DNA of 33,501 bases from an uncultured Rhodospirillales bacterium (GTDB lineage: Bacteria > Pseudomonadota > Alphaproteobacteria > ATCC43930 > CGMCC-115725), in assembly GCA_903897565.1 (NCBI GenBank), contig CAIUCF010000320.1, positions 1 to 33,501 of the forward strand. The letters run 5' to 3'. Below the pieces are notes generated by a model. That model did no database searches, was not told the origin of the DNA, and worked only from the letters and a program-made list of their open reading frames with translations. The number at the start of each line of letters is the position of its first letter. The stretch's first letter is position 1. Positions 9,591-18,248 of this stretch are shown in pieces. Both the position numbers and the translations under genes were made by a program.

Positions 9591-9619
9591 TTATGAAATC
9601 CGAATAAGCGCATTATAAT
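9591..9619 (+). promoter_or_regulatory. Possible sigma70-type promoter for the histidine kinase gene
   Basis: A perfect TATAAT (9614-9619) lies 17 nt after TTATGA (9591-9596), which is a weak -35 with 3/6 matches, in an AT-rich divergent intergenic region. The -10 overlaps the ATG at 9618. If this promoter is used, translation would start at ATG 9690. Confidence 0.25.
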
Positions 9620-11909
9620 GTTTACCAGGGCGGACTTCCGAGCCTTTTGCTCTCCGGGTCGCTCAAAAATAGTTGCTTCGGACACGCCCATGTCGGTCAG
9701 GCCCAACGGCATCCCTCATCACCATGAGTCGCGGACGATCCTGCTCTACTGGATCGCCGTGGGGGTGCTGGTGGCCGTCGTGCTGGGTATCGGGGCGTCC
9801 CTCGTATCGCGCGAAGTCGAGCGGCGGCGCTGGATCGAGCACTCCTACGAGGTAATATTCGAACTGAACACGGTCCTCAGCGACGTGATCGAGGCCGAGT
9901 CCGGGCAACGTGGCCTCGTGAGCACCGGAGTCGAAGCCTACCGACAGCGCTATCACGGCGCCTGCGCCAAGCTGGCGACCGACCTCGACACCGTCTCGAC
10001 CCTCATTCGGGACAACACCGAACAGTCAAACAGGATCAAGGACCTTCGCGGTCTGATCTTGCTCAAGATCGCCGACATGAATCAGATCATCGCGCTCGGG
10101 GATGGCGGGGATTGGAACAAGCTGCGGGCCTTCGTGCGCCCCGGCACCGGCCTAACCTTGATGGACAAGATTCGCAACACGCTGAATCAGCTCAACGGCG
10201 AGGAACTCCGGCTGCTGCGGCAGCGAACCGATGCCGCGCTCGGCCTCAATCGCTGGATCCTGCCGGCAGGAGGGGGCGGAGTGGTCCTCGCGGGGTTCAT
10301 CCTGCTCCTCGGAATGAGCCTCAATCACAAGGAGAAGGCCAGGCGCGCGGCCGCGGAAGAGGCGTTGCGACGCAGCGAGGCCCGGTTTCGCGTTCTGGTC
10401 AATCGGGTTTACGATTACGCGATCTTCATGCTCGCCCCGGATGGGACGATCCTATCCTGGAATACCGGCGCCGAACGGATCAACGGCTACAGCGCCGAGG
10501 AAGCAGTCGGCAAGCATTTCTCGATTTTGTATTCGGCCGAGGATCTGGCCTTGGGCAGACCGGAACTCGAGCTGGGAAACGCGCTCAAGACCGGCCATTG
10601 CGAGGAAGAGGGCTGGCGAATCCGCAAAGACGGCTCCCGATTCTGGGCCAATGCCAGCGTCACGGCGATGCGTGACGATGAAGGAATGCTGCTGGGTTTC
10701 GCCAAGATCTCTCGCGATCTCACTGACCGCAAACGTATCGAGGACGCCCTCCAACACGCCAAAGAGCTGGCCGAAGCATCGACGAGGGCGAAGTCGACCT
10801 TCCTCGCGACGATGAGCCACGAGTTGCGGACCCCGATGACCGGGGTTCTCGGCATGATCGAGCTACTGCAGACCAATCCGCCGCCGGCGGAGACCCAGCT
10901 GTTTCTCGATACGCTGCGCAGTTCGGCGGTGTCGTTGATGACAGTCCTGGGCGACATCCTCGACCTGTCGAAGATCGAAGCCGATCGGATCATCCTGGAG
11001 ACCGTCGATTTCAACGTCTTCGATCTGGTCTCGACGATTCTGACGTTATTCATGCCGCAGGCGTCCTCGAAGGGCCTGACGCTCAAATTCAGCGCCACCT
11101 TCACACGGGAGTACAGTTACGTGCGCGGTGACCCAAACCGCCTGCGCCAGGTACTTTCGAATCTCATCAACAATGCGATCAAATTCACCCAGAACGGCTC
11201 GGTCGAACTGATTGCCGAGGCGCCGAGTGCCGAGGATTCGCTGTTCTGGCGCTTCGAAATCCGCGACACCGGGATCGGCATGACGCATGAAGAGCGCGAG
11301 CGGGTCTTCGACAGCTTCAGCCAAGCAGATGTTTCGACGGCCCGCCGCTTCGGCGGCACCGGCCTCGGCCTCACGATCAGCAAGCGGATCGTCGAGATCA
11401 TGGGTGGTGAGATCGGGGCCACCAGTACGGTCGGCATCGGCTCGAGCTTCTGGGCCCGGGTACCCCTGCAGTCCGGGACCCCGGAGGCCGTTTTTGCCAC
11501 GGAAACGCGCGAGCCGCTGGATTTGGCGCCGATGGCCAAATCCTTGCGAATCCTCGTTGCCGAAGACAATCCGGTAAATCAGCTGCTCTGCAGCTACATG
11601 CTCCAGCAGATGGGGCACGAGGTGACCAGCGTCGGCAACGGCCGAGAGGCTGTCGATGCCGTGATGGCCACGCCACTCGATGTCGTTCTCATGGATATGC
11701 AGATGCCGGAGATGGACGGACCCGAGGCGACCCGGCTAATCCGCTTGCTGCCGGAGCCACAGTCGAGGATTCCGATCATCGGCCTCACCGCGGACGTCAC
11801 GCTCGATAATCGCGAACGCTATCACGCGTCGGGGCTGGACGGCTTCATCACCAAGCCGATCGATCCCCGGCGCCTGCGAGCGGAACTGGAGCTTCTCGTT
11901 CAGGACTGA
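9618..11909 (+). CDS. Hybrid sensor histidine kinase (CHASE3 - TM - PAS - HisKA - HATPase - receiver)
   Basis: N-terminal TM segment, then a CHASE3-like segment 'WIEHSYEVIFELNTVLSDVIEAESGQRG'. A second TM, then PAS ('DGTILSWNTGAERINGYSAEEAVGKH'). H-box 'MSHELRTPM', N-box 'NLINNAIKFT', G-boxes 'DTGIGM' and 'GGTGLGL'. Receiver 'ILVAEDNPVNQ...VLMDMQMPEMDG...K'. The start may be ATG 9690 instead. Confidence 0.9.
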   Translation: MFTRADFRAFCSPGRSKIVASDTPMSVRPNGIPHHHESRTILLYWIAVGVLVAVVLGIGASLVSREVERRRWIEHSYEVIFELNTVLSDVIEAESGQRGLVSTGVEAYRQRYHGACAKLATDLDTVSTLIRDNTEQSNRIKDLRGLILLKIADMNQIIALGDGGDWNKLRAFVRPGTGLTLMDKIRNTLNQLNGEELRLLRQRTDAALGLNRWILPAGGGGVVLAGFILLLGMSLNHKEKARRAAAEEALRRSEARFRVLVNRVYDYAIFMLAPDGTILSWNTGAERINGYSAEEAVGKHFSILYSAEDLALGRPELELGNALKTGHCEEEGWRIRKDGSRFWANASVTAMRDDEGMLLGFAKISRDLTDRKRIEDALQHAKELAEASTRAKSTFLATMSHELRTPMTGVLGMIELLQTNPPPAETQLFLDTLRSSAVSLMTVLGDILDLSKIEADRIILETVDFNVFDLVSTILTLFMPQASSKGLTLKFSATFTREYSYVRGDPNRLRQVLSNLINNAIKFTQNGSVELIAEAPSAEDSLFWRFEIRDTGIGMTHEERERVFDSFSQADVSTARRFGGTGLGLTISKRIVEIMGGEIGATSTVGIGSSFWARVPLQSGTPEAVFATETREPLDLAPMAKSLRILVAEDNPVNQLLCSYMLQQMGHEVTSVGNGREAVDAVMATPLDVVLMDMQMPEMDGPEATRLIRLLPEPQSRIPIIGLTADVTLDNRERYHASGLDGFITKPIDPRRLRAELELLVQD

Positions 11910-11917
11910 TGAGATCG

Positions 11918-12142
11918 TCAGTCGCGATCCCAGCCGCGATGGCGATCGCCATCATGATCCCAATGTCCGCGGTAGCCGTCGTCATAGCCATAATAGGCCG
12001 GCCCGTGGCCATAATAGCCGGCGGGATAGACGACACAGCCGGAGAGGACGAGCCCGCACAAGGCCAGGGCGCCCAGCGTCGCCAGCGGCTTCAACCTCAC
12101 GATGGGCTTGCGCTTCCGGGTTTCCGCATCAAACACGGTCAT
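11918..12142 (-). CDS. Small Gly/Tyr/His/Asp-rich lipoprotein (74 aa precursor)
   Basis: GGGAG lies 8 nt upstream of the ATG at 12142. Signal plus lipobox 'LATLGALALCGLVLSGC'. Mature peptide 'VVYPAGYYGHGPAYYGYDDGYRGHWDHDGDRHRGWDRD'. Confidence 0.7.
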   Translation of the reverse strand: MTVFDAETRKRKPIVRLKPLATLGALALCGLVLSGCVVYPAGYYGHGPAYYGYDDGYRGHWDHDGDRHRGWDRD

Positions 12143-12278
12143 GACCGATACTCCCTGATCGCGACAATGACGTCGCTACAGGACAACGCGCTCATGATCG
12201 CCTCCTTCCACGCGCTCCGCTCGCGCCAGTCATGCGCCTGGATGATGGAACAAAATGACCGCTGGCGACGGGCGTCGA

Positions 12279-12815
12279 TCAGTTCAGACGATAACTGGCG
12301 ACATCCTCGTAGAACGAGCCCGCCTTGGTCAGGTAGCTGCGGACGAGGTGGAAGCGATCGACCGCGAACGGCTCCAGTCGGAACAGATTGTTCGCGGCCA
12401 TGAATTGCAGGATTTCCGTCGGATTCGGCTTCGCACAATAGGCTAGGGTCACGTGCGGCGTGAACCGGCGGTGATCGGGCGGCAGACCGACCCGTGCCAT
12501 CGCCACGCCAAGCTTCTCGAACAGGTGCTGAAGTCCGGGCTCCCGGTCGAGCGTCGCGATCACCGCACGTGGTTTCTCGGCCGGACCGAAATAATCGACA
12601 CCGGCGACACTCAGCGAGAACTGAGGCGCCCGCAGCAACGCAACCTCGGCATCGAGATCGGCGGCGACGACCTCATCGATCTCGCCGATGAAGCGGATCG
12701 TCACATGGAAATTACCGGGATCGACCCAGCGCACGCCATGGAGACCAGAACAGATCGTCGACAAGGCGAGCGCCCGCTCCGGGGGCAAGGGGATGCCGAG
12801 AAACAGTCGCAGCAT
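12279..12815 (-). CDS. thpR: RNA 2',3'-cyclic phosphodiesterase (2H phosphoesterase, LigT/ThpR)
   Basis: Two HxT/S motifs, 'HVTIRF' and 'HVTLAY', at the spacing expected for the 2H superfamily. 178 aa. Confidence 0.85.
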   Translation of the reverse strand: MLRLFLGIPLPPERALALSTICSGLHGVRWVDPGNFHVTIRFIGEIDEVVAADLDAEVALLRAPQFSLSVAGVDYFGPAEKPRAVIATLDREPGLQHLFEKLGVAMARVGLPPDHRRFTPHVTLAYCAKPNPTEILQFMAANNLFRLEPFAVDRFHLVRSYLTKAGSFYEDVASYRLN

Positions 12816-12824
12816 CGCTCGAGG

Positions 12825-13868
12825 TCACGGCGCGGGGTTGGGGATACGCTGATGGATGGCATTGATCTCCTTGATGATCTCCGGCGACAGCGTCAGGTCG
12901 AAGGCGTCGATATCCGCCTTCAACTGCGCCAATGAAGTAGCCCCGATAATCGTCGCCGTGACGAAGGGCTGCGCGGCAATGAAGGCGAGCGCCATCTGCG
13001 CCGGATCGAGGCCATGCTTGCGGGCAAGCTCGACGTAGGCGTCGGCCGCTGTCTGAACCAAGTCGCCGGCGTAGCGGCTGAACCGGGTGAAGACCGTAAT
13101 CCGAGCGCCGGCCGGCCGGGCACCGCGGTAATACTTGCCCGTCAGGAATCCCATGGCCAAGGGGGAATAGGCCAGCAGCCCCAGCCCGTCGAGATGGGCG
13201 AATTCCGCCAACCCGATCTCGAACACCCGATTCAGGAGGTTATAGGCATTCTGGATCGAGGCCGGCTTGGTCGTGCCTCGATGGGCAGCAAGGCCGAGGA
13301 ATTGTGCTGCGCCCCAGGGCGTTTCATTGCTTAGCCCGTAAGACAGGATCTTGCCTTCGCGGATCAGCTCGGCCAAGGCGTCGACCGTCTCCGCGATCGG
13401 GGTCGACTGCTCGTCGGTCGGGGTGTCGAACCCGAGCCTGCCGAAGGTGTTGGTCTGTCGATCCGGCCAATGGAGCTGGTACAGATCGATGCGATCGGTC
13501 CGCAACCGCTTCAGGCTGCCCTCGACGGCGGCGCGGAGATTGGCGCGATCGAAGCGGCTCTTGCCGTTGCGGAGATAGTCCATGCCGCCGCGGCTCGGCC
13601 CGGCGATCTTGGTTGCCAGCACGACCTGGTCACGGGTGCCGGCGGCCGCGAACCACGAGCCGATGTAGCTTTCCGTCAGGGTATAGGTCTTGGCCGTCGG
13701 CGGCACTGGGTACATCTCGGCCGTATCGATGAAATTCACACCGCGGTCGAGCGCGTAGGACAGCTGCTGGTGCGCTTCAGCCTCGGTGTTCTGCTCTCCC
13801 CAAGTCATTGTGCCGAGACAGCACGCGCTGACCTTGAAGCCGGTATCCGCAAGTTGACGATAGTGCAT
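12825..13868 (-). CDS. NADP(H)-dependent aldo/keto reductase (Tas-like)
   Basis: ATG at 13868 gives 'MHYRQLADTGFKVSACCLGTMTWGE...GVNFIDTAEMYP', the classic AKR N-terminus. 347 aa. Confidence 0.85.
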   Translation of the reverse strand: MHYRQLADTGFKVSACCLGTMTWGEQNTEAEAHQQLSYALDRGVNFIDTAEMYPVPPTAKTYTLTESYIGSWFAAAGTRDQVVLATKIAGPSRGGMDYLRNGKSRFDRANLRAAVEGSLKRLRTDRIDLYQLHWPDRQTNTFGRLGFDTPTDEQSTPIAETVDALAELIREGKILSYGLSNETPWGAAQFLGLAAHRGTTKPASIQNAYNLLNRVFEIGLAEFAHLDGLGLLAYSPLAMGFLTGKYYRGARPAGARITVFTRFSRYAGDLVQTAADAYVELARKHGLDPAQMALAFIAAQPFVTATIIGATSLAQLKADIDAFDLTLSPEIIKEINAIHQRIPNPAP

Positions 13869-14062
13869 AGCGCGCTCGTTTCCGTGGAGAGGAAGACCGG
13901 ATTTTCGTATCACATGCCGCACGGCGGCAACTATCGCGTTTTCGCCAGGCCGAGCAGCGCCCGCGACAGCGAGCGCTGTTTCACCGGCGCGGCCCATCGG
14001 GCAAGATGCAGCTCCGGGAGTTGTTCAGGATTTTCATTCATGGCGAAGGGCGGTAGGAGGCG

Positions 14063-15103
14063 ATGACGGATACTGTCCCCCTGACGATCGCCTTCCGCGT
14101 CGACGGCAATCACGCCATGGGGCTCGGCCATCTGATGCGCTGCCGGGCGCTCGCCGAAGCCCTGATCGCGGCGGGTCATCGCTGCAGCTTTCTCGTGGCT
14201 GCGCCAGACCCCGAGGTAACCGCTCCACTCAAGGCGGCTGGCATCGCGATTCTGGCGATCGATCCGGCCCGGGACCGCGACGCCGCGGAAACCCTGACCC
14301 AATGCCGTGCGCTCGGCGCCGCGGCTCTGGTGATCGATGGCTACCATTTCGAGGACGGCTGGCGCCGCGCCGCGCGCGCCGTCGCGACGCCGATCGTGGC
14401 CTTTGCCGATGGCCCGCTACGTCCAGGCCATGCCGACCTGCTGATCGATGCCGCCAGCCCCGAGTCCAGCGATCCGTCTGAACTGTTCGGTCCCGACTAC
14501 GTGCTCCTGCGGCGCGAACTCGTCGAGGCTGCCCGTTTGCCGCTGTTACCGATTGAGCAGCGTCCGACGATCCTGATTACCTTTGGCGGCTCCGATCCGC
14601 TGGCGCTGACCCATCGGGTCACGATAAGCCTGTTCGGCCTCCTGCCGGACACCCAGCTCGCCGTCGTGATCGGGCCAGCGACCGAAGGCGGCGACGCCGT
14701 AGCCCGCAGCCTTCGCGCGCTCGGCCGGCGCGTTACGGTACATCGTGCACCGCCTGCGATGGGAGAGCTGATGCGCCATGCCGGGCTCGCCGTCTCGGCG
14801 GCCGGCGGGACAGTCGGGGAATTGGCAGCCCTCGGCGTTCCGGCGGTGTTGGCCGTCGTCGCCGATAACCAGCTTGCTGGTGCGCAGGCTTGCGTGGCGG
14901 CCGGCTGGTGCTCGGGCGTTGACGCACGCACCGATCCGGCCGCCTCGAACCGGCTCGCCCTCGCTGCGGTTCATCTTTGGCTTCATCCAGAAAAGCGCGC
15001 GCTCTGGGCGGCGCGAGCTCGGTCGGCCGTCGATCCAGGCGGCGCGGATCGGGTCGCCGCGGCGCTACTCGCGGCGATCGCCCGCCGCAAAGCAGGAAAT
15101 TAA
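14063..15103 (+). CDS. pseG: PseG-like UDP-2,4-diacetamido-2,4,6-trideoxy-beta-L-altropyranose hydrolase (GT28-C fold)
   Basis: AGGAGG (14055-14060) lies before the ATG. N-terminus 'IAFRVDGNHAMGLGHLMRCRALAEAL'. Central 'ILITFGGSDPLALT'. C-terminal 'SAAGGTVGELAALGVPAVLAVVADNQ'. These three blocks are the pattern I associate with the PseG family (TIGR03590). Confidence 0.75.
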   Translation: MTDTVPLTIAFRVDGNHAMGLGHLMRCRALAEALIAAGHRCSFLVAAPDPEVTAPLKAAGIAILAIDPARDRDAAETLTQCRALGAAALVIDGYHFEDGWRRAARAVATPIVAFADGPLRPGHADLLIDAASPESSDPSELFGPDYVLLRRELVEAARLPLLPIEQRPTILITFGGSDPLALTHRVTISLFGLLPDTQLAVVIGPATEGGDAVARSLRALGRRVTVHRAPPAMGELMRHAGLAVSAAGGTVGELAALGVPAVLAVVADNQLAGAQACVAAGWCSGVDARTDPAASNRLALAAVHLWLHPEKRALWAARARSAVDPGGADRVAAALLAAIARRKAGN

Positions 15104-15199
15104 CCGAATAAAAACCGTGGCCGTCGGTAGAATGCGGTCCCGAGACGACAGAACTGCTCGGGCAGCGGCAATACCGGCCCAGCCGGTCGAGGAGGCAAG

Positions 15200-16288
15200 G
15201 TGGCGACTATCCAGATCCAGGGCGTTCGTGTCGCCGGCATCGCTGCCGCGGTGCCCGAAGGCACCCGCGGTGTCGCGGATGAAGCCGCAATCTTCGGTGT
15301 CGACGAAATGGAGAAGACCGCCAAGGTGATCGGCGTCCGCTCCCGCCATATCGCGCCGCCGCAGCTCTGTACCTCCGACCTCTGTCACGCCGCCGCCGTT
15401 CGCCTGCTCGACGACCTCGGCTGGGCTCGTGACAGCGTCGACGGCCTCATCTTCGTCAGCCAGTCGCCCGATTACGAGCTGCCGGCCACCGCCTGCACCC
15501 TGCAGGCGCGGCTCGGCCTGCCCGACCGTTGCGCCGCCTTCGACGTCAATCTCGGCTGTTCCGGCTTCGTCTACGGGTTATGGCTCGGCAGCCAGATCGT
15601 CGGTGGCGGCGGCATCAGGCGCTTGCTGCTGCTCGCCGGCGACGTCAGCACGCGCCGCCTCGCTCCCCACGACAAATCGGTGAAGCCCTTGTTCGGAGAC
15701 GCCGGCACGGCGACAGCGATCGAGTTCTCGCCCGGTGCTGCACCCATGGCATTCGAACTCGGCACCGACGGCGCCGGCTTCGCCAGCATCATCATCCCGG
15801 CGAGCGGCTTCCGTCAGCCGCGCACCGATGAAACCAAGGCTCTCTTCGCCGGCGCGGACGGCATCGAGCGCAGTGCCGAGAACATCTATATCAACGGTGC
15901 CGAGGTCTTTAATTTCACGATCAAGCGCATTCCGCCGCTGGTCGAAACCCTGATGGCGAGCGCCGGCAAGACCCGGGAGCAATACGATCACTTCGTCTTT
16001 CATCAGGCCAATGCCTTCATGCTGCAGCATTTGGCCAAGCGCCTCAAAATTCCGACAGAGAAGTTCGTCCTGGCGATGGAGACGGTCGGCAATACCAGCA
16101 GCGCCTCGATCCCGCTCGCCATCACCATGGCGCTGCGCGAATCCCTCGCCGAGCAACCCCGCGAGATGCTCCTCGCCGGTTTCGGAGTCGGCCTCAGCTG
16201 GGCTGCGGCATCGCTGACCCTCGACAGGCCGGTCGTTCCGGCGCTTGTTATCGTTCCCGACGATACTCCCGCGATGGCCGCAGGCTAG
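15200..16288 (+). CDS. 3-oxoacyl-ACP synthase III (FabH-like KAS III)
   Basis: GGAGG (15191-15195) lies before the GTG at 15200. The Cys-His-Asn triad contexts 'NLGCSGFVYGL', 'FVFHQANAFM' and 'VGNTSSASIP' are all present. Confidence 0.85.
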   Translation: MATIQIQGVRVAGIAAAVPEGTRGVADEAAIFGVDEMEKTAKVIGVRSRHIAPPQLCTSDLCHAAAVRLLDDLGWARDSVDGLIFVSQSPDYELPATACTLQARLGLPDRCAAFDVNLGCSGFVYGLWLGSQIVGGGGIRRLLLLAGDVSTRRLAPHDKSVKPLFGDAGTATAIEFSPGAAPMAFELGTDGAGFASIIIPASGFRQPRTDETKALFAGADGIERSAENIYINGAEVFNFTIKRIPPLVETLMASAGKTREQYDHFVFHQANAFMLQHLAKRLKIPTEKFVLAMETVGNTSSASIPLAITMALRESLAEQPREMLLAGFGVGLSWAAASLTLDRPVVPALVIVPDDTPAMAAG

Positions 16289-16290
16289 AG

Positions 16291-17046
16291 ATGTTCAACC
16301 CCCTCGATTTCACCGGCCGACGCTTCCTGGTCACCGGCGCTTCCTCCGGCATCGGCGAGGCGACCGCGATCATGCTCGGTCGCCTCGGCGGCCAGGTCGT
16401 ACTGGCGGGACGCGATCTCGATCGCCTGAACCAGGCGGTGGCCGCGGTCCCCGGGTCCGGCCACAGCGTTGCGTCGTTCGATCTCGGCGATACTGATGCC
16501 ATTCCCGGCTGGGTCGCCAAACTTGCCGCTGACGGGCCGTTCCATGGCCTCGCCCATTGCGCCGGCCTGCAGACCCTGCGCCCGCTGAAAAGCGCCAGTG
16601 CCGCCTTCGTCGAGGAAATGCTGCGCGTCAATGTCGGCGCCGCGCTGGCGATCGGCCGCGCGATTCGCCAGCGCAATGTCGCTGCCAAGCCCGCCAGCCT
16701 GGTGCTGATCTCCTCCACGGCCGGCATGACCGGTCAGCCCGGCAACGTCGTCTACAATGCGACCAAGGGCGCGATCATTGCCGCGGTCAAGGGCATGGCC
16801 CTCGAACTGGTCCGCGACGACATCCGCGTCAATGCCGTGGCCCCTGCCCTGGTGCGGACACCGATGTCCGAGAAATCGATGAAGATCTGGTCGCCTGAGC
16901 AATTGCAGGCGGTCCTCGCGATCCACCCGATGGGCTTCGGCACCGCCGACGACGTCGCCAACGCGATTGTCTTTCTCCTGAGCGACATGGCGCGCTGGAT
17001 CACCGGAACAACGGTCGTGGTCGATGGCGGATACACGGCCCAATAA
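16291..17046 (+). CDS. SDR family oxidoreductase (FabG-like 3-ketoacyl reductase)
   Basis: The start is 2 nt after the KAS III stop. 'VTGASSGIGEA' (TGxxxGxG) and 'SSTAG...YNATKGA' (Ser-Tyr-Lys). Confidence 0.85.
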   Translation: MFNPLDFTGRRFLVTGASSGIGEATAIMLGRLGGQVVLAGRDLDRLNQAVAAVPGSGHSVASFDLGDTDAIPGWVAKLAADGPFHGLAHCAGLQTLRPLKSASAAFVEEMLRVNVGAALAIGRAIRQRNVAAKPASLVLISSTAGMTGQPGNVVYNATKGAIIAAVKGMALELVRDDIRVNAVAPALVRTPMSEKSMKIWSPEQLQAVLAIHPMGFGTADDVANAIVFLLSDMARWITGTTVVVDGGYTAQ

Positions 17047-18175
17047 CGCCTCCACGCTGGCGGCCAACCGCCTGGGTCCGGGTGACTACACTGATCCCGC
17101 GATCCTTGCGGCCGAGCGCGCGCACATCTTTCGCAGACATTGGCATTTCGTCGGCCTCGATCGCGACCTCGCCGAGCCCGAGTCCTGGTTTCTGACCAAG
17201 GTCGCCGGAACCGAGATCATCATCCAGCGCGTTGCCGGGGATGGGTTGCGCGCGTTCGTCAATGTCTGCCCGCACCGCTACAATGCCCTCGTCAACGCCC
17301 CGAACGGCCGCGGCCGGCTGCGTTGCGGCTACCATCTCTGGTCGTTCGACGACAACGGCTTGGCTGCTCAGGTCCCCCTGCGCGCCGGCGTCGCGTTGGA
17401 GGCGTGTCAGACCGCCGCGCTGTCGCTGCGCCGTTGGTCGGTCGAGCGCTGTGGCGCGCTCATCTTCGTCGCCGAGCAGCCGGAGCGGCCGCTCGCAGCC
17501 TTCCTCGGACCGCTCGGCGCTGAGCTGGCGACGCTCTCGCGGGGACTCGGCACCGAGGTCCTGAGATTCTCCCAGGACATCGCCGCGAACTGGAAGGTGA
17601 TCCTGCAGAACACGGTCGAGTTCGATCATGCCTTCGGCGTTCACCCGGAAACCTTCGCTGCGATGGTCGAGCGACCGCTCCATCTTGTCCCTCACGATGC
17701 GGTGGCGCCCCACATCGCCTATCACACGCGGATGAAACCGCGCGATGGGCTGAAGCCGATCGAGCGCCGGATCGAGGACATCTTCGCCCGCTCGGTGATC
17801 CCGCAAGCCGAGGGCTACACCCACGCGACATTGTTCCCTTCCGCGACGATCGGCACGACGGCAAACCGGATCTTCGCCCTCATTCGCTACCAACCACTGG
17901 CGCCGGACCGGACGCACGCCGAGTACCGGCTGTTCATCTCGCAGATCACCGGTCTGACGGCCGTCGAGCAGGCCATTCTCGATCGCGTGGTTCCGGTCGA
18001 TGTCGCCTTCACCCAGCGCCTGCTCGAGGAAGATCGCCAGATCTGCGAGTCGGTGCAACGCGGTCTTAGCAATGCGCCCGCCGATCTTGCTGGCATCCTG
18101 ATGCCGGGAGAGAGTCTGGTCGGGCGATTTCAGCAGTATTGGCTCGACGCCATGCGCGCAGGCGCATTAACTTAA
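17024..18175 (+). CDS. Rieske non-haem iron oxygenase, alpha-subunit type (intact)
   Basis: Rieske ligands 'CPHRYN...CGYHLWSF'. Mononuclear iron region 'NWKVILQNTVEFDHAFGVH' and a distal 'EEDRQICESVQRG'. It overlaps the SDR stop by 23 nt. Confidence 0.85.
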   Translation: MADTRPNNASTLAANRLGPGDYTDPAILAAERAHIFRRHWHFVGLDRDLAEPESWFLTKVAGTEIIIQRVAGDGLRAFVNVCPHRYNALVNAPNGRGRLRCGYHLWSFDDNGLAAQVPLRAGVALEACQTAALSLRRWSVERCGALIFVAEQPERPLAAFLGPLGAELATLSRGLGTEVLRFSQDIAANWKVILQNTVEFDHAFGVHPETFAAMVERPLHLVPHDAVAPHIAYHTRMKPRDGLKPIERRIEDIFARSVIPQAEGYTHATLFPSATIGTTANRIFALIRYQPLAPDRTHAEYRLFISQITGLTAVEQAILDRVVPVDVAFTQRLLEEDRQICESVQRGLSNAPADLAGILMPGESLVGRFQQYWLDAMRAGALT

Positions 18176-18197
18176 CCATGCGCTGCGACGCATTAAC
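18150..18197 (+). repeat. Tandem 22-nt imperfect direct repeat (26-nt period), each unit a short hairpin, spanning the oxygenase stop codon
   Basis: Unit A, 18150-18171, is CCATGCGC-GCAGG-CGCATTAAC. Unit B, 18176-18197, is CCATGCGC-TGCGA-CGCATTAAC. They share 18/22 identity. In unit A, ATGCGC and GCGCAT form a perfect 6-bp stem with a 4-nt loop. Confidence 0.6.
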
Positions 18198-18235
18198 CTT
18201 GAATTCAGAGGCCGCAGGCCATTCTCCCCCTTCAG

Positions 18236-18248
18236 ACAATTAAATTGT
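18236..18248. promoter_or_regulatory. Perfect 6-1-6 palindrome ACAATT-A-AATTGT immediately upstream of the ACP ribosome-binding site (candidate operator)
   Basis: Read directly from the sequence. It is an AT-rich island in about 65% GC DNA. GAGGA (18250-18254) and the ATG at 18259 follow. Confidence 0.3.

Noticed and set aside
12139-12438. 99-aa minus-strand ORF between the lipoprotein gene and thpR.
   Set aside because: Its N-terminal two thirds overlap the 3' end of thpR out of frame. Only the last 18 codons lie in intergenic DNA, and those are discussed as a possible uORF.
15139-15162. Hairpin CCCGAG-N12-CTCGGG between pseG and the KAS III gene, preceded by TAGAAT.
   Set aside because: It has only a 6-bp stem with a 12-nt loop, no U-tract and no matching -35 element. 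It is too weak to call a terminator or a promoter.
17000-18058. 352-aa minus-strand ORF. The same class includes 15578..16156, 16285..17067, 18380..19312, 20002..21024, 21890..22771 and 22787..23425.
   Set aside because: All lie antisense to motif-supported genes of the island. They show an R/G/A/D-rich composition and no recognisable domains.
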